A stretch of 64,000 nt of DNA from NCBI GenBank assembly GCA_038087875.1, contig CM075988.1:8930001-8994000 (forward strand), written 5' to 3'. Below the pieces are notes generated by a model, which ran no database searches, was not told the DNA's origin, and worked only from the letters and a program-made list of their open reading frames with translations. A program made the position numbers and the translations under genes. The DNA is from Malacoraja senta (Eukaryota). Each line of letters starts with the position of its first letter. Position 1 is the stretch's first letter. This document shows positions 41,371 to 53,806 of the stretch, piece after piece.

Positions 41371-41539
41371 GGTAGTCACAAAATGCTGGAGTAACTCAGC
41401 GGGACAGGCAGCATCTCTGGAGAGAAGGAATGGGTGACATTTCGGTTCGAGACCCTTCTTCAGACCTCTGCATTGATATTAAGACATGATATTAAGATAT
41501 GAAGGACCAGTATCTGCAGTTCTTTCCTACACTTTCTAC
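41371..41539 (-). mobile_element. Penelope terminal-repeat insertion
   Basis: pLTR-type sequence flanked by 18-bp direct repeat acataaatagaaaggtta (41353-41370, 41540-41557). Confidence 0.8.
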
Positions 41540-43796
41540 ACATAAATAGAAAGGTTAAATGGGAGAGGCAGCTATTACACTCAGAGCTTTTGTTCCCAAA
41601 GCGTTATTCCTTTTCATTGGTGGGGAATCACAATGTTGTTCCCACACTGTCTTCAACCATTCAATGCATTGTATATTTAATACATGTACAAGTGTTGCAT
41701 GCATCAACGTACCTGAATTTGATATAGTAAATGTACATCCAGTCAGTGGCATGTGGAGTCCCCCAATCGCTGACATTGTCCTGACTGAACTGGTGAAAGC
41801 ATGAAGGCTACTCTGAAACATTAGTTTGTACTTTTTGTGTCACACTCAGCTTTGCAGTTAATATCTAGTAAAGGCAAAGATGACTGGCTGAAATTGGGCG
41901 TGACTGATGAATAGTGCATCATAAACACAGATGCATCTGCCCATGAATCCCCAATAGTTTGGGGGTACAATGCACACCAGTCACTGTCCAATTGCAATCC
42001 AACCTCATTCCACTCATTGTTCATTAGGCTGGGGAGGTTGTGTGACCAACTCTCACACACATTATTTATAGTTGATATGTCAATATGGCTTCCTTCCCAC
42101 TGGAAATAAAGGCAAATGCTGGCTATTCCTCCCTCTTGCTGCTCACTACAGTGAAGCAGTCCAATCTGGGGACTCGCAACTTTGATCATTATAGTTTCAT
42201 ATCTCACAAACTGATGAATGAATGAATTAAGAAATATTTTAAACCATCACATAATATGTTAATCAATAACAACAGTTTACCAATAACTTGTCAAATTGGC
42301 CACATTAGTTGGTGGTTATGTCTTAATATCAGAGGACTGATATGTATGAAGATGTCTTTTACTAGTTTGATTTGATTTAACTAACAGGAACTTAATATCG
42401 TAAAATGTTTCTTTATACAAAAACTGGAAAAAAAACAAGTAAATAACTGACAGGGATCTTTCCATTGCAGCTCTTAACATTGGCTCCCGACTGCTGTTCT
42501 GCCTCAATCTGATATTGCAGCCTAAACAATGGAATAAAATTCCTTGGAGTAAATAATCTCACTCTGCTTTCTTTCTGAGTCATATGGGCTGTTGACGCCC
42601 AAAGTACAACCCTAAATAGGTTGCTCTCATTATTAATATTTAATCTATAAAGAACATATCCTTCACTATTGAAATAATTAAGATGTAAGAATTTTCATGC
42701 ACTTTGATTTTTTTTTCAAAATTATTTATTTTTATAATTGATGATAGATTAAACAATCTTTCAACAAGCTCCACTATGAATTTTGCAAATCAATATCATT
42801 AATCTTTACAGTAAACTGTTTACCAGACAATTCTATTGTCTTTTCTTTAATGTGCTTTTCTTTTTTTCAATACAATTAATAAATCGTTCAGAATTGACAA
42901 TTCTGAATGTTAGAAAAATCAGGTTATTGATGTTAAGTTTTTCATTTAATCTCTAATCTTTGATATATTTTAGTTGATTTAGAAAGGCATTTTCCTGTCT
43001 TAGTCTTTCTCTTTCCCCACTGTTATTAAGCAGAATGAATCTTAAGCCAAATTGCTTTTTGATTCGCCTTGTTGAATTGTACTTTCTTCATTGGGCTTGG
43101 GATTTAGAAACATAGAAACATAAAAGGTAGGTGCAGGAGTAGGCCATTCAGCCCTACGAGCCAGCACCACCATTCAATATGATCATAGCTGATCACCTAG
43201 AATCGGTACCTTGTTCCTGCTTTTTCCCCATATCCCTTGATTCCGTTAGCCTGTATGTTACAGGCTCACCTGTTTTGATTATTATGTGATATTTTAAATG
43301 TACATCTGATAAAGTTTATTTTGTTAATACAATAGTTTTCTATTTCAAAATGTTATTTTGTCAAGATGAAGAATATTTGTAATGATAGAGGAAATGTTCC
43401 ATTTGATGGTTTAGTATCCAGGTACAAGTTTAACTCAGTTTGCTTTAAACTTCAATTCTTCCATCACTGTTACATAACTTCAAGCTCAAGTGCTAGATTT
43501 TTTAATGTACACTTTTACCATGTTGTGGTCTGTCTGAGTAAGATCAATGAATGATTACTTTATTATCCATCTCAATGAAGAACTGGACAATATATCTGAG
43601 TAAGATCAGTTAGGGGCTATTTTACTATCCAGTTCAATGAAGAACTAGACTGTGCAAAAGAGCCTCTACAGATGAGCAAAATGTGACTTCTAATGGAACT
43701 AATCTGGGATGATTTTGTTTGCAAAGACATATTCTGATGTGAAAATAGATATAACTGAATGTTGTTCAGTTAAAGAAGATGTATTTCTTTTTTCAG

Positions 43797-44484
43797 AGCT
43801 GATGGTGACTTATTTACAGAAGCATATCCAGGTACAGATGGAATTGATTACAGCTCGGGAGAAGAGCTGGCATTTACTGAAGAAGAAAATACCAATGTTG
43901 AAGAACGTGTGGAGATAACCCATGAGGAAACTCAAAGCAGAATGGGAACCAGTAGCCTCCATTCAACAGTGAAGGATGGCACTACAGAGACTAACATTTG
44001 CGCTGCAGAGCTTGGCTCCCCAATAGGGGTAGAAAACATTACTGCAGATGCAGACATCTGTAGATCAGAACTCCAGTCAGTCATGAAAGAAGACAATAAA
44101 TGGGAGCCAGACATGGCCACTGAGATGGCTGGACATGATATCTGTGGGACTGAGTTGGATCAGAAAGATGTCTTTGAGGCTACATCTGGTAGCACTGCGA
44201 ATGTTGATACTGAACCGGGCTTTGTAGAGAGAAAGGATACTAGCCACGAAGATAACAAAAGCAATGAGATTGAGATTAAACCTCAGGATGAACCTGCAGA
44301 TAACACAGTAGAAGAGGCAGCACACCAGCATGAGGTTAGTGGAGTGCTGACTGATAGCCAAGATCAGGAAAATGTAGATCAGAAACACACTGAAGTTATT
44401 ACAGAGGCTGATCTCGAAGGTAATGAAAATCCATCCACAGAGGAGAGCCGGAGTGCTGAGGAAGGCAGCAATATAGTGGAATAA
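43797..44484 (+). CDS. SPA17: SPA17 terminal acidic exon
   Basis: tttcttttttcag acceptor in phase 2, matching the IQ-exon donor; 228 open codons (ADGDLFTEAYPG...EEGSNIVE*), in frame with ORF 43909-44484; AATAAA at 44480-44485 overlaps the stop. Confidence 0.75.
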
Positions 44485-45911
44485 ATATTCACGTTCCATA
44501 GTCCATTAGTAGAGGCAAGTATAACTTTGAAATATCTGGGCTATCATTGATGAAAAGACAAAATATTTAATAAGTATAATCAAAATCTGTAGATGGCAGA
44601 TCTGAATTTGCTGGTGAGGTGTTTGCATGTTCACTGTATGACTGCCTGTGTTACCAAAGATGCTGCTGGTAAATGAATTGGCTGTTGCAAATTACTCTGA
44701 GTGTAGATGAAAGGCAGTAGGATCAGTCGGGAGTTGGACTTGTGAATGAGAATAGATTATAGGGAATTAAAGTTCCTGGATTGACCAAGACATCCTTATA
44801 GCACCTCCCTGTGTATGGAATTCTGATATATTGTGATGAGCCATGGTGTCTAAACCATCGAGTGCCTGAGTTACCTATCCTAACCATTATGTTAATGGTG
44901 CCTGTCTGATATTGTACCTGCTTTCCAATAGTCATCTTTATCTCTCATTAAATAGCCCTGCCTTTACTCCACTCTTTTCAAAAAGTACGAACACATCTCC
45001 ACCCTAACCTTTCCATCCAGTGTTGTAAAACATACTTCCCAGATTCATGCCTATGTCTTTTTTTTTCCATTTCCTCTATTCGTTATCTGGCATTGCCAAT
45101 GTACTGAAAATCTCCGCATACCTCTGATCTGAATTACCTTCATTATCAAGAGTCAAGAGTGTTTAATTGTCACATGTATCAGGAAACAATGACATTCTTA
45201 CTTGCTGCAGCTTTACTGGTGCATTAAATGCAACAACACAACAAACAAATATACAATAAAGTATTAATTCATTCATCATTTATTTTAGGTAAACTGGACC
45301 AAGCTAAATGTGCGAGGCCACAGATAGTCAGAGATGTGTCAATTTTGCTTGATGTTAGGTCTATGTTCTGAAATGTCATTGCAAACATGTGGTCTACCTG
45401 ATCTATCACACAGGTGTACCACTTAAGCATGCTGGTGATTTAATTTCAATTAAACTGATAAGGAAAGTTGGACATCTACTACAGGGGTCATGGATCCATG
45501 CTTTCCTTCCAGTTCCTTGGAGCTTCAGTCCATTGATGGTGAGATACATTTGGACATGCACAGTATCTCTAATAGCATACAGTTAATTGTTACATGTCAC
45601 TTCCGTGATTTTGGTCCATGCTTGCATGGATTTTGAAGCACATTGACCACCTATGCAAGTTAGGTATTCTATGATGTGATTTAAAGAGAACCTAGCAAAT
45701 CATGTGACAGTGTAAGTGAATCGTTAAGTAAGATGCCTAGCCCTTGTGAAGATTTCCAAAGGTCTCGCATCTCACTTCCCTGGTTGTAACCTCAAGCTGT
45801 ACCTTCACATCCCTCAACTGACTGCGACCTCCCTTAATCCCTACCCATCCCTCAAGATCCCGATCCTCCTTGACTAATACTTCCTACTCTAATCTCCAAC
45901 CACCAAGCACT

Positions 45912-46350
45912 TCATGCTCAGTCCGTCTTAACCTAACTGAACTCCCGGTTGCTCAGCACTTCAACTCCCCCTCCTATTCCCAATCTGACCTTTCTGTCCT
46001 GGGCCTCCTCCATTGTCAGAATGAGGCCCAGCGCAAATTGGAGGAACAGCACCTCATATTTCGCTTGGGTAGTTTACACCCCAGCGGTATAAACATTGAC
46101 TTCTCTAACTTCAGATTGCCCTTGCTTTCTCTCTCCATTCCCTTCCCCTTCCCAGTTCTCCCACTAGTCTTACTGTCTCCGACTACATTCTAACTTAGTC
46201 CCGCCCCCTCCCCTGACATCAGTCTGAAGAAGGGTCTCAACCTGAAACGTCGCCCATTCCTTCTCTCCAGAGATGTTGCCTCACCCACTGAGTTACTCCA
46301 GCATTTTGTGTCTACTTCGATTTAAACCAGCATCTGCAGTTCTTTCTTAC
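45912..46350 (+). mobile_element. Penelope-like element 3' end: GIY-YIG C-terminus followed by terminal repeat
   Basis: LPVAQHFNSPS...LGLLHCQNEAQRKLEEQHLIFRLGSLHPSGINIDF, then ctgaagaagggtctcaacctgaaacgtc. Confidence 0.88.
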
Positions 46351-46354
46351 ACCT

Positions 46355-47350
46355 TTATGCCTTGTTGTTCCTCGATTCATTTCTCTGCAACCGGATCCTC
46401 AACTTCCTTATCGGCAGACCTCAATCAGTATGAATTGGCAACAACACCTCTTCTTCTTTGACCATCAGCACAGGTGTAATTCGGGGCTTTGTGCTTAGTA
46501 CCCTGCTATATCTTCTCTATATCTGTGCTGTAAGACACAGCTCCAATGTCAAATTTAAATTCGTCAATGACACCACCATCATTGGATGAATAACAGGCAA
46601 TGAAGAGTCAAAGTACAAGAGTGAAATCGACAATGAAGTTGAGTGGTGGCAGAACAGCAGCCTTGCAATCAACTAGCAAGACCCCGTAGCTGATTGTTGA
46701 CTATGGGAATGAAAAACTGATGGTGCATGCACAAGTCCTCATTGACGGGATGGTGGGATAGTTTCAAGTTCCTGGACGTGCAAATCCCTGCTGATTTGAC
46801 CTGGGCCCAGCACATTGATGCAATCACAAAGAAAGCTCCCCAATGCCTCTACTTCATCAGAATATTTAAAGAGATTTGGCAAATCATCAAATACTCAATC
46901 AAACTTCTACAGGGTGTATTGTGGAGGCTATACTGACAATTTGCATCATGGCCTGGTTAGGAACTATGAACATGCAAGAACAAAGGAAGTGATGGACATT
47001 GCTTGGACCATCTCGGGTACTGACCTCCCCATCATCAAATGGATCTGCAAGAAATGCTGCCTCAAGAAGGTAGTAAATATCATCAAAAACCCACACAACC
47101 CACTTTTTGATGCTACCAGCAGGAAGAAGATATAGGAACCTGAGAAGTATTATATCCAGCTTCAAAAACAGATTCTTTCCATCAAGCATCAGGTTCTTGG
47201 ACCACCCTGCTCAACTCTATCCACAACCCTAGCTCAGCCACCTCAATATACTTTGTTTTTGTGCACTACTTTGAATCACTAATCATTTATTGCATATATA
47301 TTGTTGTTGTGACTACAAAGCTGCTGCATTGTGCCTGTGTGCCTGTTCAT
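46355..47350 (+). mobile_element. Decayed Rex1/Babar-type LINE RT
   Basis: KFVNDTTIIG (degenerate KFADDT), SFKFLDVQIPADLTWAQHIDAITKKAPQCLYFIR, SFKNRFFP motifs across frameshifts. Confidence 0.75.
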
Positions 47351-47593
47351 ATCTAGTGCATAAACACTCTTGAGCAAAGTCTCTTGACTTCTCTTCCAAC
47401 CAAGACGTACAGACACATCTAACTGCCCACTTTTATTTTCCTTCACAAGCCCTACTATGATGCATAATCAAAGCAATGTTGGATTGGAGCTGGCTATTAG
47501 TACATACACTAATTAAAAACTGATCAAGGCCACAAACACTTGTGTAATACAAAATATGCTGGACATGTTCCTTTCTTGTTTTTCCTTTTGTGT

Positions 47594-47767
47594 GCAGGAA
47601 GGAACTGCAGATAGACACAAAATGCTGGAGACAGGCAGCATCTCTGGAGAGAAGGAATGGGCCATTTTTGGGGTCGAGACCCTTCTTCAGGTCGGAAACG
47701 TCACCCATTCCTTCTCTCCAGAGATGCTGCCTGTCTTGCTGAGTTACTCCAGCATCTTGTATTTCTC
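47594..47767. mobile_element. Penelope terminal-repeat foldback insertion
   Basis: Inverted arms; 11-bp TSD tccttttgtgt (47583-47593, 47768-47778). Confidence 0.8.
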
Positions 47768-49804
47768 TCCTTTTGTGTAATTTGTTGGTGTGGCAACGGT
47801 GTGAATTGACAGCACTTGAGATCTATCTACCTCATCAATTATTTGACCAGTGACAGTTAAATGCATGCAATGTTGCAAATTTTGAGACGATGCAGAATAA
47901 GGATGCGACACGTCCACACGTTGTTACGCTGACTTTACAGTATTTCCTAAATTTGCTTTGCAGCTCTGATTTTGGAGTCAGTCAGTCATTCTATTTAGGT
48001 GAAAGATGGACATGAAAATCATTATTGGTGCAGAGTAAACTGCAGATGAGTGCACATATTTTGTGAGGATTCAGAGCTTGATGTGGTGGGGTTGCATACT
48101 AAGAATTTAATATAACCCCAATGTCCTCCACCACTACCTTTTTTCAGAATACCTTTGTGTAAGATTGCTGAAGGTGAAAATTTTCTCTGCAGTTATCGTG
48201 GCGTAAAGCATGAAATCAGACTTTCCGGTCCACCGTCTGTGCTGGTCATCAAGCACTTATGTACTATAAAATCTTGCACTAATCCCATATTCTTTTCCCC
48301 ACATTCTCATCAACCCCACCCCGATTCCTCTACTCACATACATACAAGGGCCAATTAAACCACTGTGGCCAATTAAACCACTGTGGCCAATTAACTGTGC
48401 ATCTTTGAGATATAGGAGAAAAACAGAGCACCCAGAGGAAACTCATGCAATCACAGGGATAACATGCAAACTCCACACAAGCAGCACCAGAGCTAAAGAT
48501 CAAAAGCCGGTCGCTATAGGTGGGAGTTATCTGCGCTTGGTGTTATCCTAGTTTAGTCATTAAGTTAATCTTACCATGATAAATTGTGTGTGCATAACAC
48601 TAAATTTGTAGGAAGTAGAAGGAAAGAGATATATTTCTCGGGCACGTTGTGTGATATCATGAACTAGTTAGAATCCCAAGGTGACATTTTTCTTCTTTAG
48701 GTGACAACAACTCACCTTGCACCAAATGTGCTCGAAAGTAGTAAGAACTTTTAATCTGCCTCTCAATGTAGCAGAATTAGAAATGTTTTCTTTTAATACA
48801 ACTGTTTTGTTTACTTCATCGTGTGAATCTTGTATGTATCAGTAGAATTGACAGGCTGTTCACTTTGAAAATTCCCACAATTAAGTAGCTAATCATCAAA
48901 GTCCTTGGGAAATGTTATCCTTTATTTTGAGACAAATTCTTCAAACTATCAGTTTCATAGTCCAATAATGTAAGCAAATAAACAACTATAAAAGATTTTA
49001 AGTATATACTGGATTTCGGATTTATAATAAGTAAAGGTGATATTTGATTTCATTTTGAACTCTATCTGAATATAAGATAAATTATTTAAAGCTTTTGAAA
49101 TATAATAATTAACCACCAATTACAGCAAATCTTCTTTATTCTTTCAAATTTTCTATTGAATTTGCCTTTAAACTGAAAAAGAAACAATGAGGACAGTGTC
49201 CTAGTTGCAATTAGGTGTTACACAATTGCTATCTTAGCAGGTCATGCTGTTATTTTCAGGAGCTCCTTACATAGGAGTCCTTCCAGTTTGGTTAATTAGT
49301 GTAATTAAACCATCTGTTATTTTTTTGTATAGTCTCATCTCTGTTTCTTCCAATTAAGACATTAGAAATATAATTGACAAGAAAGACGTTCAATATGACT
49401 ACTTGACAAAGTAGTTGTTGGAGGATGCTGTACCTTTGAATTAACTATGCTACAAAGATTTCTCCCACATTTTCATAACAAAGCATTCAATTATAGATGG
49501 CAGTTGAATGCATACCGTGAATGAAGAGGGCAGATTCTATTGTAGGTGGCTGGATATTTAATTAACCATATTAGCTGGGGTTTGGAGAGTCCAGAGATTA
49601 GAGTTACCCTGGTTCAGAAGGGCAGAGGCACTGAGCTTTGAAAAAATTACGAATGATTTATGTAAAATTGATATATTTTTGTTCCAAATTATTTGCTGAT
49701 AATATGGTGAGTTTATTTACTGTGTTTCTTACTGAATATGTAATAAAGTATTCAATATCTTGATTACAAATTGAATGTTGGTGTAAGTATTTTCATTTTC
49801 TCCA

Positions 49805-50165
49805 GAAACAAGAACTGCAGATGCTGATTAATACACAAAGGGACACAAAGTTGCTGGTCAGGCATCTGTGGAACACAAATCCATGTTCCCGTCTGATGAA
49901 GAGTCTTGACCCGAAACATCACCTGTTCCTTTTCTGAGTTACTCCAGGATTTTGTGTCTACCTATCCATTTTCGCGCAGATGCTGTCCAACCTGCTGAGG
50001 TACTTCAGTCTGAAGAAGGGTTTCGGCCTGAAACGTTACCTATTTCCTTTGCTCCATAGATGCTGCTGCACCCGCTGAGTTTCTCCAGCATTTTTGTGTA
50101 CCTTCGATTTTTCAGCATCTGCAGTTCCTTCTTTAACACGAGGTACTTCAGCATGTTGTGTCCTT
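49805..50165. mobile_element. Nested Penelope terminal repeats
   Basis: Copy 50009-50139 with 12-bp TSD gaggtacttcag (49997-50008, 50140-50151) inserted in an older copy. Confidence 0.8.
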
Positions 50166-50206
50166 TTACATGTTCTCTATATTGCTTTCCTCTGTGTGTC
50201 TCAACT

Positions 50207-50740
50207 TTACTTTAGACTTGAGAGATACAGCGTGGAAGCAGGCTCTAGGGCTCACCAAGTCTGCACCGACCAGCAATTATCCTCGTACTATCCTACACAC
50301 TAGGAACAATTTACAATTTTTACCAAAGCCAATTAACGTACAAACCTATAGGTCTTTGGAGTGTAGGAAGAAACCGGAGCACCGAGAGAAAAACCACACG
50401 GTCATTGGGAGAACGTACAAACTTCATACACCCATAAGGGCCTGTCCCACTTTCACGTCCTATTGACGACCTTTTTTACTCGGGGACATTTTTCATCATG
50501 CTAGAAAAACGCCCCGACCTGTTTCATGCCACGAGTACCTACGACTAGCATCACGACCTCCTACGACCTACCTACGACCTCCTACGACCTCGTGACGACC
50601 ATGCTGCGAGTATGAGTCAAGGGCAAACTCAGCAGAGGTCGTGAATTAGGTCGTGAAAGTGGGACATGCCCTATAGTCAGGATGGAACTCGGGTCTCTGG
50701 CGCTGTAAGGCAGTAGCTCTACTGCTGCGCCACTGTGCCA
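50207..50740 (-). mobile_element. HE1-like SINE interrupted by a MITE
   Basis: SINE sequence is continuous once 50437-50672 is removed. Confidence 0.8.
50437..50672. mobile_element. MITE, PIF/Harbinger-like (236 bp)
   Basis: TIRs agggcctgtcccactttcacg / cgtgaaagtgggacatgccct; 3-bp TSD ata; internal cctacgacct repeats. Confidence 0.8.
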
Positions 50741-52837
50741 CCTTATACCTTAGATGTAATGGGGCTGATGAGGAGAACTGGTTAGTCTCTACTGCTGCGC
50801 TACTGTGCCCCATGTTTGTGCACCTGTTTGCAGAGTGAGAATTTTTTAAATAGTTGAGCCCTATTTTAATTTGTGTCATAAGGCCAGCTGTGAACAAAAT
50901 CTAATTCAAATTCAAAACTTCACAGGATAGAATTGCCTTGGCTGAGTTTTGCAAAGTGACACCATAAACAAAACTTCACAAAACTGAGACAGGAAGCCAT
51001 GTGGAGTGATGAGCCATCCAAACACTCCTTTCATGCAAAGAAGGTACGTGCAAGAATCAAAAGCATCTTTAAAAAAGAGAAGACTGATGCTGTCATGGGT
51101 GATTGAATATTTCACAGGCTAGAATGGTACTGCAATGAGCTTTTTCAGGTGATTCATTTTGTGTATGATCCAGTGGAACTGATGAATAAGGACAAGGCAG
51201 TTTGCATGATAATACTGGGTTTGTGGACAGGTACATGGATAGCAAAGGTTTGGAGGGTTATGGACCAAAAGCAGGCAAACGGGACTGATTTAGATGGCAA
51301 CTTGATTGACATGGATGAGTTGGCCTGAAGGGCTTGCTGAAGGGCGTGCTGTATGACTCTATAACATCGGGTATGCAGAGGTTGATGACTTCACATGGTG
51401 AATAAAAGAGACGGTGTTTTTGGCTCAGTGCCATGGGCTGGTGAAGGAAATTCAGGCATGTATATAAATTACAGTGCACAGCCTCCAGTGTGCTAGAATG
51501 GCACAGATGTCCTGGACCACAAACTGTTATAGTTTTATGAAACCAACTGCAAATGACTCCTTGGTTGCTTAACTGATTCACCTGGTATTTAGGCTAATAT
51601 ATGAGAGGGAGGATAGGTTGAGATCAGGCACAGGAAGCAGTGAATTGGGATTGGGAGTGGGCATGAGCAAGTTCTTGTGGGTTTGGCTTTGCAAGCAAGG
51701 TATGGAAACCTATTGTGTTTGAGAGGGGTGGAAAGGTGAGATTTGGGGGAGTCATAAATAAGCAACAGGTAGAGGGATCATCAAGTGGGTATTGGGAGGA
51801 TTGATTTGTTTAAATGATCCTGGGCTCAAGGAAGCATTAAAATTATTAGTCATGGTACACAATTCCTTGCTTAGTGCTATGGTTTTAAGATCATGTTCGA
51901 AAATAGAACTTTGAACAGGACCGCACAAGAACAGGCCTTTCAGCCCACAATACCTGTACCAAACATGGTGCCATCCATCACCTATCTACCTGCAGATAAT
52001 CCATATTCCTCCATACCCATGTGCCTATCCAAAAGTCCTGTAAATGCCACTAACATGTTTGTCTCAACCATCAACCCCGCAACGAGTTCCAGGCATTCAC
52101 CACCTCTGTGTAAAAAAAACTGGCCCCACACATCTCCTTTAAATTTTCCCCCCTCACCTTAAAACCATATTATTTGATTTTTCAAACCTGGGAAAATGAT
52201 TCTGTCTACCTAATCTAAGCCTCTCATAATTTTAAATCAGGTGTATGTAAAATACTTCAAGAGTTTTATATACTTCTACGCCGCAATCTCCAACCTTCCA
52301 GAGAAAACATTCCTAGTCTTCCCAACCTCTCCCTGTGGTTAATACTCACGAATAGTAAGATTAAACGAGAACTTACCAGTTCGAAGTTTGATCATTATTT
52401 TATGAGGAGTACGTTGAGGGAATACGTGAAGAACCCCGCCAGGACGCATGCGTGTCATTCTTCAAAGCAGCGGTGTGAAATCACAGATAACTGTAATGAC
52501 TGAACATAGTAAGATTAGAAAAGATGATACCAGTTGAGTATATGATCAAGGGTGGGAGCGGAGGGCACGTATTCCCTCAACGTACTCCTCATAAAATAAT
52601 GATCAAACTTCGAACTGGTAAGTTCTCGTTTAATCTTACTATTTTACTTCGGAGTCACGTGAGTGACTACGTGAAGATTTCAAAGCTCTGTGATTTCATG
52701 CCGTGGAAACGAGTCCATGCATCACATCTGCCTTAATGACTATGGGAGGAATTGTGTTAACATGTTTAGACATGAATATGACATTGAAATCCATGATCCA
52801 TTAACACCAAATTATAGCCCCTATTTATGGGGTGAAA

Positions 52838-53768
52838 TTATATTACAGAACTTAAAATTGTTTCTGCAAACGTTCCAGATTTAATTACTGGTTTATGATA
52901 AAATAGTTGGAAAGGTTTCTCCGTTGACCATCCTGCTGTCTTGAGGATTTGGTCCATCAGAACATCCAACTGCATAGCTGCCGATGTAGCTGCAGCCCTG
53001 GTGGAATGAGATTTGAAAATGTTAGTATCCACCCCAGCCTTTAATAGAACCTGTTTCAGCCATCTTGAGATGGTCTGGACCGTCACTTTTTTGTGAGGTT
53101 GCTTGTGGCTGATTAATAGTGCCATCTCTTGCCTCTGATGATTTTCGTGTTCTCCATATATAGCAGTAAATGTCTTACTATACAGAGACGATCATCTGTC
53201 GGGTAAGCCCTAAATTCTATATTGAGGCCTGCTGACCCCTGTCTGTTCTGCTTGACTAATTCATAAATATGACACGTTATATTTACAGATGAAGAAGTCA
53301 TGTTGTCCAGTCTTAACTTATGTAATGACTGTACCCTTTGTGCCGTGACCAATGCCATCAGCATGACTGTTTTCAGTGTCAGTCTTTGTAGGGACAGAGT
53401 TTTGCTGGAGACCAATTCCTTAGCATCATCAGGACAATACTCACATCCCATATTTGGGAGTACCTGGTTCTTGGGGGATTGATATTAAAAATTCCCCTCA
53501 TAAGTTTTGTTACCAGGGGGTGAGTTCCAACAGAATGACGCTCTGTTCCTTGGTATAGATATGTTGACAGGGCACTTCTGGCGCAGTTGATGGCACTATA
53601 ACTGAGCCCATCATCGTAATGGAGGCCTGCCAGGAATTCCAGAACAGACAGGATGTTCATGGATGTGTAGGTGATGTTGTTTCTGTGACAGTACATCTCC
53701 CATTTCCTGATGTATACCAGGTACTGTTTTTTGGTGGACTGTCTGTGGGCCGCTGAAATAATGTTCAC
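52838..53768 (-). pseudogene. DIRS tyrosine recombinase, frameshifted
   Basis: LTLKTVMLMALVTAQRVQSL, TISRW, HSTRAAATS, AGWS, FY motifs. Confidence 0.92.
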
Positions 53769-53806
53769 TGTTCGGTCCGTCAGTCCCAGTTGCAGTAGAG
53801 GTACTT

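Noticed and set aside
41555..42207. Two abutting minus-strand ORFs (128 and 88 aa)
   Set aside because: No recognisable domain or clear splice sites, and the frames differ
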